The translations under genes were made by a program, and so were the position numbers. From positions 5,505 through 52,882 of the forward strand of contig JAYPDK010000004.1 of NCBI GenBank assembly GCA_038125145.1: DNA of 47,378 nucleotides. The letters are read 5' to 3'. Shown one piece after another: positions 17,179 through 27,000 of the stretch. The stretch is from Candidatus Poseidoniaceae archaeon (GTDB taxonomy: Archaea > Thermoplasmatota > Poseidoniia > Poseidoniales > Poseidoniaceae). The notes below the pieces were generated by a model that ran no database searches, had not been told where the DNA came from, and was given only the letters and a program-made list of their open reading frames with translations. Numbering within the stretch: the stretch's first letter is position 1; every line of letters begins with the position of its first letter.

Positions 17179-19848
17179 ATGGCCTTGGAGCGGTGGGTTG
17201 GCCGCTTCGGGATCCTCACCACCCGCTACCGCTCCATCGGCGAAGGCGAGGCCTCCGCCACGGTGCTCGAGGTCTTTGGACGTGCAGAATCCGGCGAAAG
17301 CCTCTGCCTCCTCGTGCACGGATTGCGGCCACACATTGAGGTCGCCCCAATTGGACGGTGGTCGAGCGGCCTCGACGTGCCCGATCCGCTCCAGGAGGCG
17401 GCGGAGCGATTGACCACCAAAGAACAGGTCAGGTCCGTCCACGGCCCGGTGCTGAAGTGGACCGACCTTGGGTGGAAACCTGTCTGGTCGGTCGAGGTGC
17501 TGCAGCCGCACATGGTTCCCGAACTTCGTCGGCGCCTCTGGGGAGCAGGGTCGCTCTTGGCGGCCGACATCCCCTTGGCCAAGCCCCACCACCCCGACCT
17601 CGACCTCGGCATGCACGTTCGCGTGGAGGCCGAGGTCGTCGACCGGCGCAGCGAAGGCGACGACGAGGAGGCCGCGGCCCGCGTGGTTCGTGCAGGGGGG
17701 GGCGGCCGGTACTCGGTTGACGTGACCTTGCGTTGCGACGCTGAGCAGGTGGCCGCATCGGTCCCCTTTCCCGTCCCGCTTCGCGTCCTCTCGTTCGACC
17801 TTGAAACAAGCATTGCCCACGAGCGGGTGTTGTGTGCGGCAGCGGTGGTGGAGGACCTCGCGACAGGAACACGCCACATCCATGACTGGCATGGCGACGA
17901 ACGAAGCATCCTCGAAGGACTGACGGACCTTGTCCTCGACGCAGACCCAGACATCATCACGGGCTACAACATCGACAACTTCGACCTCCCTCGCTTGGCG
18001 GACCGCGCCGAGGTGCTAGGACGCCGTGGCGATACCTCCGCTCGGCTTTCCATGCTCGGTTGGGGAAGGACGCCGCGGGACGCCAACGACCTTCGGCGGC
18101 AACGGGATGCTGTTGTTCCGCGTCGCTCTGGCAACCGTGCGTGGACCTTGGGCGGCCGCTGCGTCATGGACGCCTGGTGGCAGGCCAGAATGGCGCTCCG
18201 ACCTCAGCGTGAAACCCTGTCCTTCGTCAGTGCCCTCCTGTTTCCAGACAATGAAGGGCTGAGAAAAATGGACGTGGATGCCTCGAAAATGGACGAGGAA
18301 TGGGCGTCGCGTCCTGACGTCGTCATCGACTATTGCCGAAGGGACGCATCGCTCCCCCTCGACATCCTCGACGCCCTCCAAGTTGTTCGTCGAAAAGAAG
18401 CCGTGGCCGCTGTGGGGAAGGTGCCCTTCGACGTTGCTGCGAACGGGAGCACGAGCCAACTCATCGATTCCCTCGTCATCCGCCACGCCGACCGCAGCGC
18501 CGTGGCGGTCCCCATGACCGGAAGCGCCGAGCCGAAGGAGGGCCAAATCACAGGCGGCTACGTCCACGACGTTGAGGCCGGGTTGCACCCGTGGATTGCC
18601 GTGCTGGATTTCAAGAGCATGTACCCGAGCATCATGATCGGGCACAACATATGCTACACCACACGGGTGGACCCGGCGCATCCGGACCAGCCAACAGACG
18701 ACGATGAGCTGCACGTGGCACCGACAGGGGTTCGTTTCTGGGGCGAAGGTCACAGGGTTGGCTTGGTGCCGCATTTGCTGCGTGACCTGATGGCACAGCG
18801 TGACCTTCACAAGGCCGGGATGCGGGATGCTGCAAGCGACGAAGCTGCACGCGCCTTCCACGACGACATGCAGTACGCTGTGAAGATCCTCATGAACTCC
18901 TTTTACGGCGTCTTCGCCTCAGGCTTCTACCGCTTCACCCACCGTGACCTCGGCTCGTCGATCACCGCATGGGCACGCCACAACATCAAGGGCGTGATCG
19001 CCGAACTCGAAGGCGAAGGGCATCCCGTGGTCTATTCCGACACGGACTCGATTTTTGTCCAAGCGCCCCTCGCAGACGACGTTCCCGGAGCGATGCCGAA
19101 CGAGGTGCGTGAGGCTGCAGCATCCGGGGAGCAAGCCGCAGTGGCGCAGGTCAACGCATGGGAGGCTGCCAAGAGCGCGATGGTGGCGTTCGGGCATGAC
19201 CTTGCACGCCGGTACAGCAGGGACGCTGCCGTGTTGGAATTTGAAAAAGGCCTGAGCGTTTTCTTCTCGCACGGTGCCAAAAAACGCTACGTCGGCCAAG
19301 TGGTGTGGCCGTCGGACGAGATGCTCATCCGCGGCTACGAAACGCAGCGAACGGACTCTTTTGCATTCCTTGTGGAGTCCATGCACACCATCCTCGAACA
19401 CGCCCTTGCCGACGAGGGCGAGGCGCTGATTGCCCATGCGCTTGAACAGGTTTCGGCCCTCAAGGCCGGCACGGTTGATGCCAACAGGCTGATCCTTGCG
19501 AAATCGTGCAAAGGGAAGGTTCGCAAGGACGGTACGGTCGATTTTTCCGAGGCCTATGCGAACCCTGACAGCATGGCTCAGGTGCGTGCTGCACGCCAGC
19601 GCCTGGCGATGGGCCTCCCCTTCACGTCAGGCATGAAGGTCTCCTTCGTCGTCACCGACGCAGGACGTCGACCCATGCAGGTGGCCGCTTGGCTTGAAGA
19701 ACAAGACAACGGGGGCGTGGCCGGGTACGACGGTCGATTTTACGCGGAACGTCTCGCGGCCGCCATCGGTCGCATCACAGAAGCCTTTGGTTGGACGGCA
19801 GAGGACTTGATGCGCGGCAGCCGTCAAACCTCCCTCTTCTCGTTTTGA
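17179..19848 (+). CDS. polB: Family B DNA polymerase
   Basis: Exonuclease motifs FDLETS, GYNIDNFD and YCRRD; polymerase motifs DFKSMYPSIM, KILMNSFYG, YSDTDS and KKRY; C-terminal PIP box QTSLFSF. No intein seen. Confidence 0.96.
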   Translation: MALERWVGRFGILTTRYRSIGEGEASATVLEVFGRAESGESLCLLVHGLRPHIEVAPIGRWSSGLDVPDPLQEAAERLTTKEQVRSVHGPVLKWTDLGWKPVWSVEVLQPHMVPELRRRLWGAGSLLAADIPLAKPHHPDLDLGMHVRVEAEVVDRRSEGDDEEAAARVVRAGGGGRYSVDVTLRCDAEQVAASVPFPVPLRVLSFDLETSIAHERVLCAAAVVEDLATGTRHIHDWHGDERSILEGLTDLVLDADPDIITGYNIDNFDLPRLADRAEVLGRRGDTSARLSMLGWGRTPRDANDLRRQRDAVVPRRSGNRAWTLGGRCVMDAWWQARMALRPQRETLSFVSALLFPDNEGLRKMDVDASKMDEEWASRPDVVIDYCRRDASLPLDILDALQVVRRKEAVAAVGKVPFDVAANGSTSQLIDSLVIRHADRSAVAVPMTGSAEPKEGQITGGYVHDVEAGLHPWIAVLDFKSMYPSIMIGHNICYTTRVDPAHPDQPTDDDELHVAPTGVRFWGEGHRVGLVPHLLRDLMAQRDLHKAGMRDAASDEAARAFHDDMQYAVKILMNSFYGVFASGFYRFTHRDLGSSITAWARHNIKGVIAELEGEGHPVVYSDTDSIFVQAPLADDVPGAMPNEVREAAASGEQAAVAQVNAWEAAKSAMVAFGHDLARRYSRDAAVLEFEKGLSVFFSHGAKKRYVGQVVWPSDEMLIRGYETQRTDSFAFLVESMHTILEHALADEGEALIAHALEQVSALKAGTVDANRLILAKSCKGKVRKDGTVDFSEAYANPDSMAQVRAARQRLAMGLPFTSGMKVSFVVTDAGRRPMQVAAWLEEQDNGGVAGYDGRFYAERLAAAIGRITEAFGWTAEDLMRGSRQTSLFSF

Positions 19849-19905
19849 GGCCGCCACCGTGCGGGGATGCACAGGGTTCTTGACGAGCAAGGCCGCCCTT
19901 TCAGC

Positions 19906-21087
19906 ATGGGCCGGGTTGGTGCTGCAGGTGCGCTCGTTCTCCTCTTGCTTACGTCAACCTTGACGGGTTGCCTTGGCACCGGGGAAGAGGACGTTGCATT
20001 GGATGCCGTGTTCACCTTCTCTCCCGCATCGAACATCAACGAAGGCGAGGTCGTCTTCTTCGACGCTTCAGGGTCGCTCCCTTCTGATGGGTCCCTCACC
20101 TACCGGTGGGATTTCGACGGCGATGGTGCCGTGGACGAGATCGGGCGCACTGCGGAATGGCGCTTCACCAGCATCGGCGACGCCCTCGTGACCCTGACAA
20201 TCACCGATGGGGTGCGCAATGCGGAGGCCACGCGGACCATCACCGTGTACGAAGCGACGGCCGAGCCCCCGGTGGCGAGCATCACGACCTACTCTTCGGA
20301 CTGGGACTGTTTCGGCGAGGACGCGAAGACGGGGACCTTCATCCTCGTGTGGCTCTGCGAAGACGACAAGGACCTCTCCGACCGACGAATCGAGGCAAGT
20401 GGAAGCGTGCTCCTTGACGCCACGGACTCAACGGCGGGTTCCAGCGACGACTGGATCACGTCATGGGAATGGGACCTCGACCCGAGCGAGGACAGCGACG
20501 GAGACGGTGACCCTGAGAACGACGCTGACCTCGAAGGTGAGGAGGTTGAATGGCAAAACGTGATGCCAGGCGAATACGAAATCGTGCTCACCGTCGTCAG
20601 CGGGAAAGGCATGGCCGAAAAAGACGACACGAAGGTGTACATCAATTACGTCGGCACATGGCTTGATTTTGAAATCGGTGGAAACAGCACGTCCGGTGCT
20701 GCGGAAATCACCTTCGACATGCCCGTCGTGTACGATCGGGACAGCGGGAACACGATCAGCAAGGCCGTGGGGCACATCACCTACCCGAAACAAGACGACG
20801 ATTGGGTGCCAGGGACGGGCAACCAGAACAACAACCGGCTGGAGTTGTACGTGTACGACGAAGACGACGACGAGGTGCTGAATTCGTCGAGCATTGGTGA
20901 CGACCAGCGCAGCGATGGAGACGACTGCGACGACGGAGAGGAGTATTGCCTCGACCTCCCCGTCTCCTCCTATCAGATGGGCGAATCAACCCACGGGGAC
21001 GGGGACTGGACGATCACCATTCACAACGATCGATGGAACGACATCCAGATCGACCGCTTCCGTATCGTGCTGTACTACAAGACCTGA
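19906..21087 (+). CDS. PKD-domain lipoprotein
   Basis: Lipobox LTGC; PKD motifs FFDASGS...YRWDFDGDG and LDATDS...WEWDLD; acidic DSDGDGDPEND loop. Confidence 0.85.
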   Translation: MGRVGAAGALVLLLLTSTLTGCLGTGEEDVALDAVFTFSPASNINEGEVVFFDASGSLPSDGSLTYRWDFDGDGAVDEIGRTAEWRFTSIGDALVTLTITDGVRNAEATRTITVYEATAEPPVASITTYSSDWDCFGEDAKTGTFILVWLCEDDKDLSDRRIEASGSVLLDATDSTAGSSDDWITSWEWDLDPSEDSDGDGDPENDADLEGEEVEWQNVMPGEYEIVLTVVSGKGMAEKDDTKVYINYVGTWLDFEIGGNSTSGAAEITFDMPVVYDRDSGNTISKAVGHITYPKQDDDWVPGTGNQNNNRLELYVYDEDDDEVLNSSSIGDDQRSDGDDCDDGEEYCLDLPVSSYQMGESTHGDGDWTITIHNDRWNDIQIDRFRIVLYYKT

Positions 21088-21124
21088 GGCCGGAGGAGCG
21101 ACGTCCATCGTCCGCTCCGTCGCC

Positions 21125-21132
21125 TTCAAATA
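21125..21132 (+). promoter_or_regulatory. Probable TATA box (TTCAAATA) of the tuf-rps10 operon
   Basis: The only AT-rich patch in the intergenic region, upstream of SD AGGAG and ATG 21172. Confidence 0.55.
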
Positions 21133-21171
21133 GGGGAGTCCAGTCGGCAGGCCACACAGGAGTGTATCATC

Positions 21172-22470
21172 ATGCCTTCGCAGTGGGAAGACAAGAGCAA
21201 GCCGCACCGCAACATCGTGTTCGTTGGTCACGTTGACCACGGCAAGTCGACGACCGTTGGTCGCCTCCTTTTGGACAGCGGTCACATTGAGAAGCACGTC
21301 GTCGAGAAGAACGAGAAGAAAGCGGCTGAGAACGGCAAGGCCGGGTTCGGTCTCGCCTACGTGATGGACGGGCTCAAGGAAGAGCAAGAGCGTGGCATCA
21401 CCATCGACGTCGCCCACAAGGAGTTCTTCACCCCGAAGTACTACTGGACGATCATCGACGCCCCCGGTCACCGTGACTTCGTCAAGAACATGATCACCGG
21501 TGCCTCCCAGGCCGACACCGCGGTGCTCCTCTGCGCCGCAAACGACGGTGTCAACGCCCAGACCAAGGAACACGCCTTCCTGGCCCGTGTCCTCGGTGTG
21601 AAGGAACTCATCGTGCACGTGAACAAGATGGACATCTCCGGTGTCGACTGGTCCGAGGACAAGTACAACAACGCGAAGAAGGAAGTGTCCGACCTCCTCA
21701 AGATGGCGGGCTTCGGCGGTCAACTCGACCGCATCCCCTTCATCCCCGCCTCCAGCCTGAACGGCGACAACGTCTTCGAGAAGTCCGGCAACTGCCCTTG
21801 GTACAGCGGCCCGACCCTCTTCGAGGCGATCGACGCTGCCGAGATGCCCGACAAGCCCGTTGACAAGCCCCTCCGCCTCCCCATTCAGGACGTCTACAAG
21901 ATTGGCGGTATCGGCACCGTGCCCGTTGGCAAGGTCGAGACCGGCACCCTGAACGTGGGCAAGACCGTGGTCTTCAACCCCAGCCAGAAGTCGGCTGAAG
22001 TCAAGTCCATCGAGATGCACCACACCATGGTGCAGAAGGCGGAACCCGGCGACAACGTCGGCTTCAACGTCCGTGGCCTCGCTGCGACCGACATCCGCCG
22101 TGGTGACGTCGCCGGCTACGCTGACAACGAGCCGACCTACGTCCGCCACGACGAGACCTTCGTTGGTCAAATCCAGCTCATGGACATCCCCAAGGCGGTC
22201 TCCGTTGGCTACACCCCGGTGTTCCACGCCCACACCGCTCAGGTCGCTGTGCGCTTCCAGGAACTCCTCGAGAAGACCAACAAGGCTGGCAAGGAAGCCA
22301 ACCCCTCCTTCTTGAAGACCGGCGACGCTTGCCTGATCCGCTTCGCTCCGACCAAGCCGATGGCCATCGAGGCGATGGAGACCTTCCCCGAGCTGTCCCG
22401 CTTCGCCATCCGTGACATGGGCAAGACCGTCGCTGCTGGCGTGTGCCTGAAGATCGAAAAGAAGGCGTGA
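21172..22470 (+). CDS. tuf: Translation elongation factor EF-1alpha (aEF1A)
   Basis: GHVDHGKST, ERGITID, DAPGHRDFVKNMITGASQAD, NKMD and RFAIRDMGKTVAAG; strong codon bias. Confidence 0.99.
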   Translation: MPSQWEDKSKPHRNIVFVGHVDHGKSTTVGRLLLDSGHIEKHVVEKNEKKAAENGKAGFGLAYVMDGLKEEQERGITIDVAHKEFFTPKYYWTIIDAPGHRDFVKNMITGASQADTAVLLCAANDGVNAQTKEHAFLARVLGVKELIVHVNKMDISGVDWSEDKYNNAKKEVSDLLKMAGFGGQLDRIPFIPASSLNGDNVFEKSGNCPWYSGPTLFEAIDAAEMPDKPVDKPLRLPIQDVYKIGGIGTVPVGKVETGTLNVGKTVVFNPSQKSAEVKSIEMHHTMVQKAEPGDNVGFNVRGLAATDIRRGDVAGYADNEPTYVRHDETFVGQIQLMDIPKAVSVGYTPVFHAHTAQVAVRFQELLEKTNKAGKEANPSFLKTGDACLIRFAPTKPMAIEAMETFPELSRFAIRDMGKTVAAGVCLKIEKKA

Positions 22471-22507
22471 GCCTTCCTTTGATTCCGAAGACCGAGGAGG
22501 GACGTGC

Positions 22508-22837
22508 ATGGCTGCGGTCACCGTCATCAAGTTGACCGGTGAAAACCACCGTGACATCGACACCGTGGCCCAGCAGATCCGCATGATTTGCGACCAGGGT
22601 GGCGTGAAGTTGCGTGGCCCAATCCCCCTGCCTACCCGCCGCCTCGTGGTCCCGGTCCGCCGGGCCCCCGACGGTGAGGGCAGCGAGACGTACGACCACT
22701 TCGAGATGCGTGTCCACAAGCGCCTCCTGGAGATGGACATCACCTCCGGAAAGGACGAGTCCGCGCTCCGCAACGTTGCTCGGATCGACATCCCTGACAC
22801 GGTCAGCATCGAAATCTCGATGCGCAGCGTCAACTGA
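22508..22837 (+). CDS. rps10: 30S ribosomal protein S10 (uS10)
   Basis: RGPIPLPTRRL, PDGEGSETYDHFEMRVHKRL; directly after tuf. Confidence 0.97.
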   Translation: MAAVTVIKLTGENHRDIDTVAQQIRMICDQGGVKLRGPIPLPTRRLVVPVRRAPDGEGSETYDHFEMRVHKRLLEMDITSGKDESALRNVARIDIPDTVSIEISMRSVN

Positions 22838-22917
22838 AGCCTTCGGCTCACACGTTTCGACCATCAAGGCGGAACGCTCGTCCAACGTCGGGCATAGCCC
22901 CGCGGTCAACGGTCACA

Positions 22918-23922
22918 TCAGAGGTCTGCAGCCTCAGCGATGCCTGACTCGATGAGGATGGACGCGACGTCGGCATCCAGCATGTGCACGTCGCCTGCGG
23001 CCAGCAAGAGCGCCTCACCGTCCGGCCCCACAATCGCGTCTTCCATGGACGCAACAACGCGAACGCGTGCCAGATGAACGGTGCTGGCCTCCGAGGAAGG
23101 CGCCGGTTCAACGGCAGCGTCGTCGGTGGTCGCGTTGAGGGCCGGAGGGGCCACCGTATTGGAGGGCGGGAGTTCGAGCGCGGCCGCATGCCGTCCAGCA
23201 GGGGCAACAACGGGGGAGGCCGGTGCGGACTGTTCGATCAGGTACTGCTCCTCGTCCCACGCATCGATGCGGTCCGCGAGCAACATCTCCTCCTCGTCCA
23301 AGTCCGGAAGTTCAGGCCCGGGAGCAGCATCCATGAACGCGAGCGTAGGAGGTTCCCTCCCGGTCAAGCCGCCAGGGCTTTCGGACCACGCATCGAGTTG
23401 CGTGGTTCCGGCAGGAGCGACGGGCATCGCGGTGCTTCCTTTGGCGTTCGCGACTTCAGCAGGGAGCCCATTTTGCATCGCGGCCCAATCCACGGCCAGC
23501 TTGAAACGGTCCATTTGCTGCATCATCGCGGTGTAGAACTCACGCTCTGCAGGGTCATGACGGCTCCAATCAAGGGATGCGAGTTCGGTCGGCTGAGCAA
23601 TGGAGGACGGCGTGCGCAGGGATTGGCTTGAAGCGTGTTGGATCATGGCCACCAAGCGCCGACGTGCGAGTTCACTCGCCACGCGACGAATGGTCGCTTG
23701 GCGGCGCTGGAGGTTCTGCACGCGCAGGTCGAAGCCGTGCTTGCGCACGGCTTCGTGCAATTGAAGGTCGATGGAACGAAGCAGGTCGCTCACCGCGTTC
23801 CAAAAGTCCGGCCGAGGCAACGGCACGGGGATGCGTCGGCTGACCTGCGTCCGATGCGTCGTTGTCAATTGCTCCTCAATCTCACGCGCAGAGGCCTCAT
23901 CGAGGGGACCTCTCGCGCTCAT
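22918..23922 (-). CDS. DNA replication complex GINS protein (Gins51-type, A domain, long acidic linker, B domain)
   Basis: Helical N-domain (PDFW, LARRRL, DPAEREFY) and C-terminal B-domain pattern VRVVASMEDAIVGPDGEALLLAAGDVHMLDADVASILIESGIAE. Start set at ATG 23922. Confidence 0.75.
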   Translation of the reverse strand: MSARGPLDEASAREIEEQLTTTHRTQVSRRIPVPLPRPDFWNAVSDLLRSIDLQLHEAVRKHGFDLRVQNLQRRQATIRRVASELARRRLVAMIQHASSQSLRTPSSIAQPTELASLDWSRHDPAEREFYTAMMQQMDRFKLAVDWAAMQNGLPAEVANAKGSTAMPVAPAGTTQLDAWSESPGGLTGREPPTLAFMDAAPGPELPDLDEEEMLLADRIDAWDEEQYLIEQSAPASPVVAPAGRHAAALELPPSNTVAPPALNATTDDAAVEPAPSSEASTVHLARVRVVASMEDAIVGPDGEALLLAAGDVHMLDADVASILIESGIAEAADL

Positions 23923-24019
23923 GCCTTCACCCTCGGGACGAGGACACTTCAAACCTTCATGCCGTTCGGCGAACGGATGGAACGAGCGTTCAAGCCTGTC
24001 CCCGTACCCCCTCGAACCG

Positions 24020-27000
24020 ATGAGGGCCATGCAGCAGCGCCCTCGCACCTGCCTGTTGCTGATCCTTCTGTTGCTGCTTCCAACCGTCGCGCCGATTGCT
24101 GCTGCCTCGATGGGCCCCATCAGGGCTGCATCCAGCCCAACGGTCACCGTCGCTCCTCTTGGCGGAGGCGGGGGGGTGAGTGCGAGCAACGTGACAACGG
24201 TTGAGGTGCTTGACAACCACACCGTCACCTCAGGCTTCCTTGAAGTCGGTACCGTGTGGACGTCCGTCGGTGACAACGGAAGCCAGTACGCGAACGATGT
24301 CGGGAACGGGTTCTCTTCCGGAGTGCACGAGGGGACCAACGGTCTGTTGCGTGGTGGTCGCCTCAGCCTTGCTTCGCCTGGGGCGGACGAGGACATCGAG
24401 GATTTCGAATCCCCCGTTCTGATGCCGACGGGTTGGATTGCCGGGGGTTCCCACGACCGCTTGTGGTCCTCCCGGAACCTGTCTTCGTCTCCTGTGTCGT
24501 CGTTGCTTCCAAGTGCCGCGGTGGACGGGAACAGGACCCTGCTTCTTGGAGGCGCACAGGCTCCTCTGGAGGCCAACATGTCGGGTTGTTACGCCACACC
24601 CCAACTTCAGGCACCAGCCGTGGTCCGCAACCACACGGTGTCCTTCGACCACGCTGCGGCAATGTTGGACGGCGATCTTCGTTGGATGGAATGGCGCTCA
24701 AGCCAGAGCATCACGTGGAGCGTCCTTCCACCAAGCACCGGTTACCCGAACCAGAACAACGCGACGTTTGCCAGCGGTCTCGACCCCAATCCGAACGCGG
24801 TTGCAGCCGGTTGGGCTTCCAATTCCGCCTTGTGGATTTCCGAATCGCTTTCGCTCGACGGGCGGCTGACCAGCGGTGAGGGTTGGTTTCAGGTTCGGTT
24901 TTGTTTTGCCACGACCACGTCCACGGGCAACCGTTCCGGGTGGGTCATCGACGATGTACGCATCCAGAACCAAGGCGATCCCGGGGGAGCATGGTTCCAC
25001 GGCAACCTGTCGGGTGATTACGCGCCAGATGCGGACGGATGGCTGATGATCGATGTGGATCTGTCCAACCTCAGCGCGCCGGCAGAGGTGGGTTTCAAGG
25101 CGAATTGGGACGTTGAGGGCGGATGGAACGACGGCATGACCACGCTCCTGAGTTTGGACGGTGGGTTCAACTGGACCTTGCTCTCCCCAGCCCCCGGCCT
25201 GCCGGGAAACGGTCTCGTTTGGCAGGGGTCATGGATCTCCCAGACGTCGAACGGCTGGATTGACGTGTCGTACAGCCTGCCTCCGACCACCTTTACCTCT
25301 GCCAACGCGTCAAGCGCCATCCTCGCGTTTCGTGTCTTGACGGACGCGAACGTCAACCATGGAGGAGGGGTAGCCGACGGGTGGGAAGGGATGGCCATCG
25401 ACGACCTTCACGTCACCTCTCTCCCGGGCCAAAGCAACCAATCCGTGCGTCGCTTGAGCAATTTCACCACCACGCCTGTCGTTGGCGACGGCGTCAACCT
25501 CAGCGCTGGCAACGTCACGAACGAATGGACATGGACGACCGCCCTTGGGGCCAATGGGCCGTCGTGGTGGAACGCCTCCTTTGAATCGGGCCAACTCGTG
25601 CCCCGAGGATGGTCCATCGAGCACGTTCGTGGCTCCGGCTGGACCGTTGGTAGCCTGAACACCTCGTCGGGGTCAGGGCCCACCTCGTGGGCTTCCGGCA
25701 CCTCAGGCGTTGGCATTGTCCTTGACGGTGATTACGATGCGGAAAGCCTTGGCTACCTCATCACTCCGACCTACATCCTTCCAGAAAATGCAAGCGCTCG
25801 CTTCACCTTCCGCTCATGGGTGTGCACCGAAACGGATTGGGATGGTGGTGCTGTGCAATTCTCGACCGACGACGGTGCAACGTGGTGGTTTCCCCCCTAC
25901 GATGCCCTCGTCCACCATGGGCGGTCAACCCTGAATCCGTACTCCCCTCTGCACACCGAAGGCCTGTTTGACGGGTCGATTCACCCTGGCGGTTGCCCCT
26001 CTCGGAGTCAGGCCTTCGACGCCCCTGCCCTCGATGTGTCAAACCTTTCAGGCCAGCAATTCCGGGCTCGCTTCCTGTTTTTCTCCGACACGTGGATCGA
26101 AAAAGACGGATGGTACATCGACGATGTTGGTGTGGAGGTGGATCGTTTCCTCGAACAGGGAACGTGGCGTTCGACCCTCCTTCCCGCGCCCGTCGGTGAC
26201 CTCTGGGGAGTCCTCGACGGCCACGCCAGCGTCCCGCCGTCAACCACGCTTCGCGTCGACCTGGTCGACGCCACAGGGGCCAGCATCGAAGGCTGGCAAA
26301 ACCTCAGCCTGCCCGTTCAGGTCACGTTGAACACCGAGGCCTACCCATGGTTGCGTGTCCGCGTGAACATGACCACCACCGACGAGCAGACCACGCCAAT
26401 CCTTGAGCGCCTGACGGTCGGAAGCGTGGTGCACATCGACGCTCAGCACCTTGGGGCTGCACCTCCGCCGGCGGTGGTCGTCACGCAGGACGGACAGATG
26501 ACACTCGGCATCGGGGCCTACCACGACCTCCCCTTCCTCGAGCGGCCCGTGTGCCCCCACCGGGCTGCGCGCGTCGTCGTCGAAGGTCAGGGAGGGGCCT
26601 TGCAGACCTCAGGCGGCGTGGAGACGCTTGTCGTGAACGGCACCATGGAACGTGTGTACGACGTCGAATGGAGCGATGTTCGTCTGCGTCCGTCCGTCGC
26701 GGTCCGGATTGCTCCTGGCGATGCCCTTCGGGAGGTCCGCATGGAGGTGGATTGCTTGGTCTCCGCCGAAGACCTCCGGGTTGGCATCGATGCACAACCT
26801 CACCTGCTGCTCAACGCAAGTGCCATGGGGTACGGGCCTCATCTCGGCGCCTCAACCACCTTTGTTTCCTTGACCAACGCCTCCAACGGAAGCCAGCTAT
26901 GGAACGGCTCGTCAGGGGCCTTGAACACGACCGCACTCGACGCCTCCACGCTTGAGGTGTCCTGGTGGATTCAAGCGGCACCCTCCTCGGGCGCGGTGCC

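Noticed and set aside
17530-17600. Odd PolB segment AADIPLAKPHHPDLDLG as a novel insert or programmed frameshift
   Set aside because: The frame is intact and there is no length change. It reads like local divergence or base-call noise in the ADIPF..R.L.D motif; raw reads would be needed.
21097-21118. GC-rich hairpin after the PKD gene as a terminator
   Set aside because: No T-tract follows, and such hairpins are expected by chance at this GC content.
20986-22851. Long antisense ORFs (621 aa opposite tuf; also 8807-10147, 32506-34491, 44024-45469)
   Set aside because: Shadow frames of GC-rich, codon-biased genes, with no motifs of their own.
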